From the NCBI GenBank assembly GCA_048882485.1, contig JBHLRP010000002.1, forward strand, positions 102,527 through 166,526: a stretch of 64,000 bases of DNA, read 5' to 3'. This document shows positions 1-10,300 of the stretch, piece by piece. A model generated the notes under the pieces. That model saw nothing but the letters and a program-made list of their open reading frames with translations, was not told where the DNA came from and did not search any database. The DNA is from Candidatus Thorarchaeota archaeon. Its GTDB lineage: Archaea; Asgardarchaeota; Thorarchaeia; Thorarchaeales; Thorarchaeaceae. Numbering within the stretch: position 1 is the stretch's first letter; each line of letters begins with the position of its first letter. The translations under genes and the position numbers were made by a program.

Positions 1-2
1 GA

Positions 3-101
3 TTCTATGTTCCCGCATATTATGTGAAGGTCAAAGCAGGTGGAAAGGCTCAGACGATGCGTGTCAATGGCCTCAATGGCTCAGTATCCCTTGATGTCTA
101 G
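3..101 (+). CDS. 3' end of a gene entering from the left edge (partial, hypothetical protein)
   Basis: Open frame reads FYVPAYYVKVKAGGKAQTMRVNGLNGSVSLDV* and ends TAG at 99-101, overlapping the convergent hydantoinase B stop (CTAG 98-101). Too short for the ORF track. Confidence 0.6.
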   Translation, partial: FYVPAYYVKVKAGGKAQTMRVNGLNGSVSLDV

Positions 102-1675
102 TCCTCAGACTTGCCCCACCCTCCTCCACCTGGTGTTTCAATACGGATGATGGCTCCTTTCGGAGCAGTCACCGTGGTCTTGGCTTGCAGCTCATGTACC
201 TGACCTTCGTACTCTACGCTGTTTTTGCCGGAAACACCAGCCTCCCCTCCTTTGAGGCCCCAAGGTCTACTCTGCCGTCTCTCAGATTGTATTGACACCG
301 TGCAATCATCGCAGAGGAGTTCTATTTCCCTGACAATTCCATTTCCACCATGCCACTTGCCCGCTCCACCAGTTCTTTGCCTAATTATATATCGCCAGAT
401 TCGGAGTGGGTATGAGTCTTCTAGTGACTCAATAGGAGTGTTTAAGGTATTAGTCATGTGAGTATGAATCCCATTCTCTCCATGTATCCCCGGCATTGCA
501 CCAACTCCACCCCCTATGGTTTCATAGAATGAAAATGGAGTATTTGATCGCTTGTCAATGCCGCCGATTGCTACATTGTTCATGGTTCCTTGGCTGGCTG
601 CAGGAGTTTCTTCAGGAGCAATTGATGCCATTGCACCAAGTATGACATCAACGATCCTTTGCGTGGTTTCAACATTTCCAGCTGATACTGCCGCCGGATA
701 TTCGGGATTGAGAAGTGAGCCCTCTGGGACATTAACATTCAAAATACTCCAACAGCCCTCATTTGTAGGAATGTCACTACCGAATAGCACTACAAAGACG
801 TAGTAGACAGCAGAGAGAGTCGATGCGAGCGGACAGTTAATATTCCCTCTGACCTGGTCAGCTGTCCCTTCAAAATCGATTATGGCTCTTCGTTCTTTGA
901 TTGCTATTCTTGCGGAAATTGGTACTTCCCAAGTCCCAGCTCCATCGCTGTCCATGAAGTCTGTGAACTCGGATTGCAGCCCAATATAGTTGGTAAGCCT
1001 CTCCGTCATCATCTCTCTCGAATAGTCAATGAGCTCCCTGAAGGATTGAACCAGAGTGCTCCATCCGTGTTCACTTGCGACAGAATGAAGTCTAGCTATC
1101 CCTACATGATTAGCGGCGATCTGTGCATTCAAATCCCCTAACCGTTCATCAGGAGTCCGAGTTGCCTTAAGCAAATCTGATATTGCATCAGGTTCCAACT
1201 TGCCCTTTTGAACAGCAATTCTTGGCTTTATTATGACCCCTTCTTCTTGAATTGAAACAGAAAGTCCTGGCATAGAACCAGGACTCACCCCGCCGACATC
1301 GGCATGATGTGCTCGGTTGGCAACAAAACCTCCTAACATATCGCCATCAAAGACTGGTGCTACTAGTGTCAAGTCAGGCAAATGAGACCCTCCCGAAAAG
1401 GGGTCATTGTGCAACACCATTGTCCCCTCAACAAAGTCATCACCTATTTCATCTATGCATGCTCTCACAGAGAGAGGCATAGCACCCAGATGAACCGGGA
1501 TGTCCTTAGATTGCGCGACCAATTTGCCATCAGTATCAAATACAGCACAGCTGCAATCACGTCGTTCTTTGATATTGGGACTAAATGCAGTCTTTCTCAG
1601 AGCCACACTCATTTCTCTGGACACTGATACGAGGGCACTCTTGATTACTTCGAAAGCAATGGGGTCTTCTATCAT
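98..1675 (-). CDS. hyuB: Hydantoinase B / 5-oxoprolinase subunit
   Basis: Motifs SPNIKERRDCSCA, IPVHLGAM, NDPFSGGSHLPD, HHADVGG, YETIGGG, HMTNTLNTPIE, TPGGGGWG. Start moved to ATG 1675 (MIEDPIAF), which gives an ATGA overlap with the upstream stop. Confidence 0.9.
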   Translation of the reverse strand: MIEDPIAFEVIKSALVSVSREMSVALRKTAFSPNIKERRDCSCAVFDTDGKLVAQSKDIPVHLGAMPLSVRACIDEIGDDFVEGTMVLHNDPFSGGSHLPDLTLVAPVFDGDMLGGFVANRAHHADVGGVSPGSMPGLSVSIQEEGVIIKPRIAVQKGKLEPDAISDLLKATRTPDERLGDLNAQIAANHVGIARLHSVASEHGWSTLVQSFRELIDYSREMMTERLTNYIGLQSEFTDFMDSDGAGTWEVPISARIAIKERRAIIDFEGTADQVRGNINCPLASTLSAVYYVFVVLFGSDIPTNEGCWSILNVNVPEGSLLNPEYPAAVSAGNVETTQRIVDVILGAMASIAPEETPAASQGTMNNVAIGGIDKRSNTPFSFYETIGGGVGAMPGIHGENGIHTHMTNTLNTPIESLEDSYPLRIWRYIIRQRTGGAGKWHGGNGIVREIELLCDDCTVSIQSERRQSRPWGLKGGEAGVSGKNSVEYEGQVHELQAKTTVTAPKGAIIRIETPGGGGWGKSED

Positions 1676-3720
1676 CGTGTTGCCCTCCTCAGCCATAGGC
1701 TCCCGTTTCTCTGCTGCTTTCCTTCCCATTCCGGCGCAATGTATGTAGTAGTATCTAGTTGCTCAATGATTGCAGGACCCACTACCTTTTGGTCAAGAGC
1801 AAGCTTCTCACGCAGAAATATGTCGGTCTCCACTCTTTCAGAAACTCCAACAACCACTTCTCTGGAGTGAACCGGCTTCCCATCGCCATCAATTGATTGC
1901 TCTGAAGACTTCCATTTTGCTTGTGGAGATCTTGCTGTGACTCTTGCAGTAACCCACTGAACCTCTCGGTTCTTCATTCTGTAGCCATAGCTTCTTTCAT
2001 GAGCGCTTTCAAAGCCCTTTGCGGAAGCTCCGGCGAGGTCCTTGGCATCAAGCGACACTATAACATTGATTTCATGGGATTGGCCTTTATATCGCATATC
2101 GAGTGACCATTGAAGAGTAATGTCTTCCTGAACAGCTCCCTGCCCGAGAAGCTGAGCTTGGGCATCCTCAGACAGTCTCTCTAGAATCTCCCTGATGCCC
2201 TTCGAAGAAGCAACTTTGCCACTAATCATCACTGTCCTCATAACGTCAACACGAAGGTCTGCACAAATGAGACCCAAGGCAGAGGTGATACCAGGATTCG
2301 GGGGAACAAGAATCGTATCAATCTCTAGAGCAGATGCGATATCGACAGCCTGAGTTGGTCCAGCTCCTCCGAACGGGACAAGGACAAAGTCACGAGGATC
2401 TCTCCCTCTCTCAACAGTGACTTCTCGAATCGCTTGTACCATGTTGTTGGTTGAGATTCTTATGATTCCCAGAGCAGTTTCATCCAGTGACCTATCAAGG
2501 CTGTTGGCGATTTTCCCCACAGCCTCTGAAGCATTCTCTTTGCTGAGGCTGATTTTCCCTCCCACAAAGAAATCTGGATTTAGTCGACCCAATATCAAAT
2601 TGGCATCAGTTATAGTTGCATCTGTGCCTCCCTGTGAATAGGATGCAGGTCCTGGGTCCGCTCCTGCACTCTGTGGGCCGACATGCAACACCCCCGCACG
2701 GTCAATCCATGCGATGCTGCCTCCCCCAGCTCCTATTGTCTTAACATCCACCGATGGCATTCTAACAGGAAGTCCCGCGACCTCATTATCTGGTCTTACT
2801 ATCACACGATTCATGATGGCGCTAATATCGCAAGATGTGCCCCCCATGTCCAGAGTGATCGCTCGATTAACTCTTCCCTGCTTCGCAATCTCCCAACCTC
2901 CTATCACTCCTCCAGCAAGCCCTGAAATAGCCAGCCCTATAACTCCTCCATGAGTCTGTGAGCAGAGAACAGTACCTCCATTAGATTGCATCACTGTTAG
3001 CTTTGTCTTGGGGCAAACTGCTCTGATTGAGGTGTCTAATCGGCTAAGATAATCCAGAATTAGAGGACCCAAAAATGCCTCGAGCACTGTAGTGGATGTC
3101 CGTTCATACTCCCGAAACTCAGGAAGGACCTTTGATGAAGCAACTATGTAGGTATTTTGGACTCCGCGAAGCGCCTCCAATAGCGTTACTTCGTGCCTGG
3201 AGTTCAGGTATGAGAAGAGAAGAGATATTGCCACTGAGTCGGGCTTTCTGTCCTTTACAAGTGACTCTACTCTCTTAATCTCTGCATCTGCTAGATCAAT
3301 AATCGGGTTGCCTTGACTATCAAGACGTTCAGCTACACCAATGCGATTGTTGCTGTCAACAAGCGGTTTGGGCCTTGCCGCAGTGAAGTCATAGATTTCT
3401 TCTCTATTCTGTCTTCCAATCTCTAGAACATCTTCCAGTCCACGTGTAGTTAACAGAAGAACATCAGCGCCTTTTCTCTGCAGCATGGCATTCGTTGCCA
3501 CGGTTGTTCCATGCACTACAAGAGTCACATCTTTTGAGTCGATCCCATGATCAGACAGAATCTCCTCTACCCCAGTTAGGACCGCTAAATCCTGAGAGCT
3601 TGGAGTAGATGGTATTTTGTGAATATAACTCTGGCCTGTAGCTGTGTTGGAAACTATGATATCAGTGAATGTGCCGCCCACATCGACACCTATTACTATC
3701 ATCTTGCTGCTTGTGGTCAT
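1672..3720 (-). CDS. hyuA: Hydantoinase A / 5-oxoprolinase subunit
   Basis: GVDVGGTFTD, HGTTVATNA, EFREYERTSTT, DMGGTSCD, GAGGGSIAW, GPQSAGADPGPA, FGGAGP. Confidence 0.92.
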   Translation of the reverse strand: MTTSSKMIVIGVDVGGTFTDIIVSNTATGQSYIHKIPSTPSSQDLAVLTGVEEILSDHGIDSKDVTLVVHGTTVATNAMLQRKGADVLLLTTRGLEDVLEIGRQNREEIYDFTAARPKPLVDSNNRIGVAERLDSQGNPIIDLADAEIKRVESLVKDRKPDSVAISLLFSYLNSRHEVTLLEALRGVQNTYIVASSKVLPEFREYERTSTTVLEAFLGPLILDYLSRLDTSIRAVCPKTKLTVMQSNGGTVLCSQTHGGVIGLAISGLAGGVIGGWEIAKQGRVNRAITLDMGGTSCDISAIMNRVIVRPDNEVAGLPVRMPSVDVKTIGAGGGSIAWIDRAGVLHVGPQSAGADPGPASYSQGGTDATITDANLILGRLNPDFFVGGKISLSKENASEAVGKIANSLDRSLDETALGIIRISTNNMVQAIREVTVERGRDPRDFVLVPFGGAGPTQAVDIASALEIDTILVPPNPGITSALGLICADLRVDVMRTVMISGKVASSKGIREILERLSEDAQAQLLGQGAVQEDITLQWSLDMRYKGQSHEINVIVSLDAKDLAGASAKGFESAHERSYGYRMKNREVQWVTARVTARSPQAKWKSSEQSIDGDGKPVHSREVVVGVSERVETDIFLREKLALDQKVVGPAIIEQLDTTTYIAPEWEGKQQRNGSLWLRRATR

Positions 3721-3751
3721 TCATGAGATAAGAACGCTTGGGACTCTTTGG

Positions 3752-4708
3752 TCATTTGGCATTCCAGTAGTAGTAAACAGAATTGTGGATGGATTGGAAT
3801 CCAAATTGATTGTACAGATTCATTGCCGGAGTGTTCAAGATATCCATCTCCAAGGCGACTTTTTTGAACCCTTGTCGTCTTATGGAATCCATGCTTCTTG
3901 CAAGAAGATTGCGGGCAATGCCCTTGCCTCTATGCCTCGGATGGACCCCAATTGGCCCAATGTGCGCTTTCCCTTCCTCCTCTCTCACTACGATAAATCC
4001 AGTCACTCTATCATTATCCATCACGCACAGTGTGGCGTCGTCAACAAACTGTCTAGTTCTACTGAACCAATAATTGAAGGAATCTATTTGCTGGTCTTTT
4101 GTCAGAGAAAGAAAAAGACCATCTTTGCTGTCCAAGAATGAGTCGAAGAACGGTTCGAAGAGGTCTTCATTGCTGATCTCGGAAATTCGCTGGACTGTAA
4201 TGCCATCAGATTCCTCAAATTCAGGCATATTGCCAGTTATCGCGGCTTCCATATAGGTTTCTTCCGTTGCATATCGAAATCTTTCTTCCTTATACCAGCC
4301 CTCATATCTGTAGAGAAGCGGCCTGATTCTACTTGTGATTTTGTTGAACTGAACCTCCAGTCTCTCCTTCCCCATTCTCCTCGTTGCTTTCTTTGCCTCC
4401 CGAATCAGCTTCCTTGCCACAACTCCGTAGCTATCACTAGGCAAGACCTCAGGGTGCCACTCTCCAATGAAGACCATCCTCGCAAATCCTGTGTAGAGGC
4501 TGAGCCAACCCAACAAATCGTCTGGCCTATCGGACATGCAGAGAAGTACCTTCAGATTGTCATCGTCAGCAGCTGCATCAAGTGCCTCTATGAATTTCGC
4601 AACAGGAAGATCGGGGCTTCCTCTCTCTGAAGCCTGTCTTGCTTGGTATGCCACTTTTGCCAATGCTGCGGTATCAGCATCTCTCATTGAAGAGACCTTT
4701 ATGCGCAA
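3752..4708 (-). CDS. GNAT family acetyltransferase (tandem-domain type)
   Basis: C-terminal acetyl-CoA motif IGVHPRHRGKGIA and N..A.NLY..FGF; N-terminal half looks like a degenerate second GNAT fold. Confidence 0.8.
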   Translation of the reverse strand: MRIKVSSMRDADTAALAKVAYQARQASERGSPDLPVAKFIEALDAAADDDNLKVLLCMSDRPDDLLGWLSLYTGFARMVFIGEWHPEVLPSDSYGVVARKLIREAKKATRRMGKERLEVQFNKITSRIRPLLYRYEGWYKEERFRYATEETYMEAAITGNMPEFEESDGITVQRISEISNEDLFEPFFDSFLDSKDGLFLSLTKDQQIDSFNYWFSRTRQFVDDATLCVMDNDRVTGFIVVREEEGKAHIGPIGVHPRHRGKGIARNLLARSMDSIRRQGFKKVALEMDILNTPAMNLYNQFGFQSIHNSVYYYWNAK

Positions 4709-4838
4709 TGATTTCGCCCCGCCTGTTTGTCTTGATATATTGCATCAAGCTGATAAGGTTGTCCCCTTGTTCACTTCCCCTTGGCAATGATTTATTCGTG
4801 AACAACAAGTCAGATTGTCTGTCCTGAGGATTGTTGAT

Positions 4839-6023
4839 ATGAGCGCAGATTACTCCGAAGTTCTTGTCAGATATGGCGAAATTGGAATCAAATCCAAACA
4901 GACGAGAAAGCGCATGGAAGACCTATTAATCAGGCACATCAAGGCGGCACTGCGGGAGGCTGGTGTTGAGTTTAGCAGGATTCGCAGGGAGTACGGGCGC
5001 ATATTCATTGTAACCGAAATGACAGAAGAAGCCAGCACTATTGCCGCAAAGATATTTGGAGTTGTGTCCGTTTCGCCTGCAGTTGCAATTCAATCCGATC
5101 TAGATACTATTCTTGAAACTGGTCTTGGGATGGCTCGACGAATCTTTGTCAAGAACAAGTCCTTTGCAGTTGGTTCTAGAAGAGTTGGAACACACAATTA
5201 TTCTAGCCAAGATATCAGGGAGAAGCTTGGTGCTGCAATCCTATCAGGCCTACCGGAGTTGGAGCTCACTGTTAACTTAACATCCCCTGAGCAGTCAATC
5301 TATGTCGAAGTTCGAGATCATAGTGCCTATCTATTTACAGATACAATCGATGGAGTGGGCGGAATGCCTACTGGGTCTCAAGGAAAGGTGGTTTGTACTC
5401 TTTCAAGCGGTCTGGATTCTCCAATCGCCGCATTCAAAGTGATGAAACGAGGATGCATTCCTGTGTTTGTCAACTTCGACAACACACCCTATGCAAATGA
5501 TGACTGCAATGCCATTGTAACGGAGCAGGCGCAGCTACTGGCCAACTACATCCACAACTTCGAGGTCAAGCTATACATTGTCCCCCATGGCGAGGATCTC
5601 AGCGAGGCAGAAATCCATGGTCCTCCGAAAATGACCTGCATATTCTGCAAGAGGAATATGCTGAGAATGGCGAGAGCAATCGCCATCATGGAGGATGCAG
5701 ATGCGATTGTGACTGGCGAGATCATCGGAGAGCAGGCCTCGCAGACTACAATGAATCTCAGAGCTATCAATACCGCAGTGTGCGACTTTCCTATACTCCG
5801 ACCATGTGCTGGGGATGACAAATCAGACATTGAAGCTTTAGCTCAGAAGATTGGGACTTACAAGTTTGCAGAGGAAGGTCTATCTTGCTGCACACTTGCA
5901 CCGAAATATCCAGTGACTCGAGGAAGTTCTGACGAGGTCGAAAAGGCGGAAGAGAACATGACCCTGGATGTTTTGAAGAAGCAGGTTGACCAAGCACGCA
6001 TAATCACACTGAGAACAGGATAG
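4839..6023 (+). CDS. thiI: tRNA 4-thiouridine synthase ThiI
   Basis: VRYGEIGIKS, THUMP region, GVGGMPTG, PP-loop SSGLDSP, CKRNM, TGEIIGEQASQT. ATG 4839 chosen as start. Confidence 0.92.
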   Translation: MSADYSEVLVRYGEIGIKSKQTRKRMEDLLIRHIKAALREAGVEFSRIRREYGRIFIVTEMTEEASTIAAKIFGVVSVSPAVAIQSDLDTILETGLGMARRIFVKNKSFAVGSRRVGTHNYSSQDIREKLGAAILSGLPELELTVNLTSPEQSIYVEVRDHSAYLFTDTIDGVGGMPTGSQGKVVCTLSSGLDSPIAAFKVMKRGCIPVFVNFDNTPYANDDCNAIVTEQAQLLANYIHNFEVKLYIVPHGEDLSEAEIHGPPKMTCIFCKRNMLRMARAIAIMEDADAIVTGEIIGEQASQTTMNLRAINTAVCDFPILRPCAGDDKSDIEALAQKIGTYKFAEEGLSCCTLAPKYPVTRGSSDEVEKAEENMTLDVLKKQVDQARIITLRTG

Positions 6024-6113
6024 GCGCGCTTCACTTTGCTCTTCCTAGAAACCTCAAGAGCCTCAGGGGAGTCCTCTTAAGCCTCTAAAGCTATCATACG
6101 GAGATGTAAGAGG

Positions 6114-6123
6114 CTTTAAATAT
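6114..6123 (+). promoter_or_regulatory. Putative TATA box upstream of the histone gene
   Basis: CTTTAAATAT about 55 nt upstream of the likely TTG start at 6176. Confidence 0.4.
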
Positions 6124-6175
6124 CATCCAGCTACGAACAGCTCTAGTGTATGCGAAATACGCGGAGAGAGATGCG

Positions 6176-6412
6176 TTGCCAAGGTCAAGAAAGGACAGGA
6201 TTATCCCAGTGGCACCAGTTGATAGACTAATCAGAAAAGCAGGTGCCGGACGAGTCAGTGACAAGGGTGCAGAGCGACTGGCACAGATTCTTGAAGAGAT
6301 AGGCGAGAATCTGGCCAAGCGGGCGTATGAACTCACAGACCATGCTGGGCGCAAGACTATAACTGAAAAGGACATGGACCTTGCGTACAAACAATGGACA
6401 CGTGGGATCTAG
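6176..6412 (+). CDS. Archaeal histone (HMf-like fold) with short basic N-terminal extension
   Basis: IPVAPVDRLIRKAGAGRVS...HAGRKTITEKDMDLA histone-fold signature; TTG 6176 preceded by purine-rich GGAGAGAG. Confidence 0.92.
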   Translation: MPRSRKDRIIPVAPVDRLIRKAGAGRVSDKGAERLAQILEEIGENLAKRAYELTDHAGRKTITEKDMDLAYKQWTRGI

Positions 6413-6491
6413 TTGGAAATAGACGAGAGATGAGTTCAGAGAGGAGTGGTGTTCATCAAGCTACAAAGCGCCACTATATGGGGGGGGCTGA

Positions 6492-7181
6492 GTGAGTAAA
6501 GGAGCACGCTATGTGGAGGATGGAATAGCCCTTCTTTCATTACATGATGTGAGCCCTGCCTTTGAGGATGATGTTGTCGCGACATACGACATGTTGATTG
6601 ACCTTGGAATCTCAGATTTCACACTACTTGTGACTCCAATGTACGCACTCAAGAAATCTAACAGTCTTGAGAACAGCCCTCTTTTCTGCGAGTTTCTAGC
6701 GTCTTTGGATTTGGAAATCTCTCTGCATGGATACAGCCATTTCACAAAATCTGGCTCGATGGATGAGTTCCAGAAAATGGATAGAAACCGTGTACTACCA
6801 AGGATGAAATCTGGGAAGGCAATGATTTCTGACCATATCGGGAAGAACGCGGTAGGATTTGTGCCCCCCTTATGGAAAGCACCCCAACGGGTTGCTGGCG
6901 CGGCGCAAGATGCAAGAATGAGCTATTGTGCAATAGGCAACCGCATACATCTTTTATCTGTCTCGTCAGCCTTGACCACGGCCGACTTGCTTGTCAGTCA
7001 AGGTACAAAATCGACATCGTTCACTAATCAATTGCTGGAGATAGAATTGGGTGGCTCGGTTCAGGTAGGTGTTCATCCTCGTGACCATCGCGAGAATAGT
7101 GTTTTTGATTTGCTTGCCGACATGAAGGATCGGCTGGACTATCAATTTGTAGGCTACCACTCCTATCTGGTCAATGAGTAG
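6492..7181 (+). CDS. Polysaccharide deacetylase-like protein (DUF2334/NodB-like)
   Basis: LHDVSP, EISLHGYSH, GFVPPLW and HP.D motifs. Confidence 0.75.
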   Translation: MSKGARYVEDGIALLSLHDVSPAFEDDVVATYDMLIDLGISDFTLLVTPMYALKKSNSLENSPLFCEFLASLDLEISLHGYSHFTKSGSMDEFQKMDRNRVLPRMKSGKAMISDHIGKNAVGFVPPLWKAPQRVAGAAQDARMSYCAIGNRIHLLSVSSALTTADLLVSQGTKSTSFTNQLLEIELGGSVQVGVHPRDHRENSVFDLLADMKDRLDYQFVGYHSYLVNE

Positions 7182-7288
7182 GGCCACTTCTAGTAAAACC
7201 ATCCGCGAATTTCTTTGTAGTAAACTCATCAGCATAATTCGAATTGTCGAAAAAGCGACAAGGGCGATTGTCTGAAGAACCAGATTGG

Positions 7289-7310
7289 CACGCCATTGTT
7301 TATTATGTAC
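7289..7310 (+). promoter_or_regulatory. Putative promoter element of giant protein 1
   Basis: CACGCCATTGTTTATTATGTAC; a near-copy lies at a similar distance upstream of giant protein 2. Confidence 0.45.
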
Positions 7311-7398
7311 GATTGTAATCCTCCAACCTGCACAACACCACCAGCTGCACGCTAGTGACCATGTTGGAGTCATGAGAGAGGATTGGCAAAGGAGGTCT

Positions 7399-10300
7399 AT
7401 GCCTTTGAGGAAAGGTAGTTTCTTAGCAATATTCTTAGTCTTGCTGTTTGTAGCGCCTGCAAATAATGGACATTCACCGTTTGTCAATCCTGCATCGACC
7501 CACAGTCCATATGAGAGCGATGGGGACACGCCGTTTGGCTTCCTTGCTGGCGATAGCATGAGCGGCTCTGGAGATCCTTTGTCTACCTATGTATCTGGGA
7601 TTCTCGAAAACAGCAGTGAAACTCAAATTGATTCGTCGACTTCGGTAACCGGTTCATTATCTGTTCCAAGTGGCTATTCAGGCACCAGTTTGGATGTTGG
7701 TATCGATTCGTTATCAATGACGGTCACGGATAATCTTCGCAATCCATCCTTCACCACTTGGCATGATGAACGATGGCACGTAGGAAATAGTATCAACTTC
7801 TACGATGATAATATTGATGTGCCTGACTCTTGGACTTTGGTGAAGTCCGTTAATTATGATGATGCCCATCCTCTGCATGGTGATTGGGAACTCAATGACT
7901 ATTCCGGTGGCTATGGTGGAAGTCGGGCATGGCGATTTGAGGCAACAATTGGTGGTAGCGATTCACTCACCCCTGATGATGCAATCTACTTGAGTCAGTT
8001 TCTGCACGCTCCATGGCGCGACCTCTATGAGATTCGAATCAGTTTCTATTACTACGTTCTTTCCACTTCCAATATGCTCGACCAAGTTCACCTGTTTTTC
8101 AAGCTGGGCGATTTAGCCGAAGAGAAATTCCATGTCTTCCAGCCAGGTGATACGACCGACGCCTGGCTTCAGGAAACTGTCACATACACATCAGCGGACC
8201 TCTCATCTGTGACGGTTCCCGATTCTTTGCTTTTCAATATTGGACTCGCCACAGATGTTTCTGGCACATTGGGCACCTACCAAGCAGCCTTCGTATATGT
8301 AGACGAAGTTAAGATAGAAATGGATGTGCGCCCGTATCCTGAGCAAATAGGTCTTAACGCCAACAACACAGCAGTCGTGGGTTCCATTGCGGGCAACATC
8401 TCTACTTTTGTACCCGACAACGATGGGCGTGACTGCTGGGACTACTCTAATCTAGGTATCGATCTGGATGGGTACAATAATGACGGTCGACCTGAGTGGG
8501 GTCTCTGGGGGACCTTCTGGAATACTTCAGAGCCATACGAGCTGGGGTTGCAGTTCCCTTTGGATATTCCCAAGGGTGCTGTCATTGAGAATGCATATGT
8601 CGAGATTCAATCAGCAGGTGGGTCGGGAGTTGTTCATGGAAGAGTCCATTTATCCAGTGAAATGGCCGCGGGTGGAGCTATCGAGTCATTTGCTGACCAT
8701 GAACAGAACTATGAACACTTGGAGGACACCTACAGCTGGCTGGCTGCCAGTTACGATTGGCAATTGACTGCGTGGGGGAATGGAGTCAGATATGCTACTC
8801 CAGACATATCCCCTCTTCTGCAGAACGTGGTTTCATCAAGTGATTGGTCAAGTGGCCAATATATCGCTGTCATGGTCAGTTACATGTGGTCAAGTTACTA
8901 TCAATATTATAACAACATCAGAGGATCTCTCTATGATACCAACGACGCAGATGACAATGCTCGGCTTTATGTGTCATATCGAGTACCTTTGGCAGAAGAT
9001 GTTGTATTAGTGGACCGAGAGGAAGCTCGTCGGACTCTTAAGTACAAGAAGGGCATAACTGTTGACTACACAAAGGTTGCTGCTGATCTCACTGATTTCC
9101 CTCTATTGATTGATATCATCGATACAGACCTTCATACTGATGTCTTTCCGGGTGGAGATGACATTGCTTTCATGGTAGATGGTCAATTTGTGGAGCATGA
9201 GATCGAGTTCTTTGACCAGAATCATAGTCCAACCGAAGCACATCTCGTAGCGTGGGTAAAAGTTCCATTCCTATCAAGTTCAACAGACACAATCATCACT
9301 ATGTTGTACGGAGGATCTGATGCTCGGAGTCTAGAAACAAAAGGTGTCTTTGCTGATTACGAGATAGTCCATCACATGAATGAAGCGCCAAATGGGACGC
9401 TAGTTGATAGCTCAGGGAATTTGCATTACGGTTATTCAATTGGAGGCATGACTGATACACAAAGCGTAGCAGGAGCTATAGGAAGTTCAATCAACTTCGA
9501 TGGATCTGATGATGCAATCACGGTTGGTCAAATCGACACTGATGAGTGGCCTTCTTTCACTGTTACTGGATGGGTAAGCCAAGATGTAGTTGGGGATGAT
9601 CGTATCTTCTCCAAAGCGCCAAACACAGACGGAACTCAAGCCATAATTCATTTTGCAATTAATGGCGCCTCCGCGTTCAGGGTTCGTATGAACACTGATG
9701 GCACGGGAGGAGGTGCTTCAGGTTCAGTGGACTCAACTACATTGACGGTTCCAGGCAACTGGGTCTATTTGGCGTGGTCTTGGAGCGCAGCAACTGCGTC
9801 AATGCGTCTATATGTAAACGGGACATTTGACAGGTCTGTCGCCAGGGATGGAGATACGGTATTGGATTCAATCCTTCCATTCGTGATCGGTAACTGGCAG
9901 ACAGGTCCCTACGACAACCGTTTCTTCGACGGGAAGATAGACGAGATTCGGATGACACAGATGGTGTTGTCTGATGGCTGGATTGAAACGGAGTTCAATA
10001 ACCAACTTGATCCATCCACCTTCTATTCTATGGGCTCTGAACAATCCAACGCGGCAACTCCCGATGTGACCTATACTTCAGTTCAATTCACAACAGGCTC
10101 TTCAATCCCAGTAAATCTCGGATTTACACTCGCCCTAGACTTCGAGGGTTTTGGAAAATCTCTTGATGAGAACTTCAATGAGGGAACCACCTTCCATGCC
10201 GTCAATGATAGTAGCACTGTCACATGGATAGCCAAGGTTTTGGTGGCACCCCTTCCCAATGTGGCCAAGATGGAGGTCCAAATAAGCTATCCAATGACTG

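Noticed and set aside
6478-6491. G8 tract before the deacetylase gene as a phase-variation switch
   Set aside because: Only 8 G and outside the CDS; adding one G to bring the upstream ATG in frame gives an immediate TGA; it may simply act as a ribosome-binding site
6966-7559. 197-aa minus-strand ORF and the many other short antisense or nested ORFs in the track
   Set aside because: They overlap well-supported genes on the other strand or frame and have no motifs; treated as shadow ORFs
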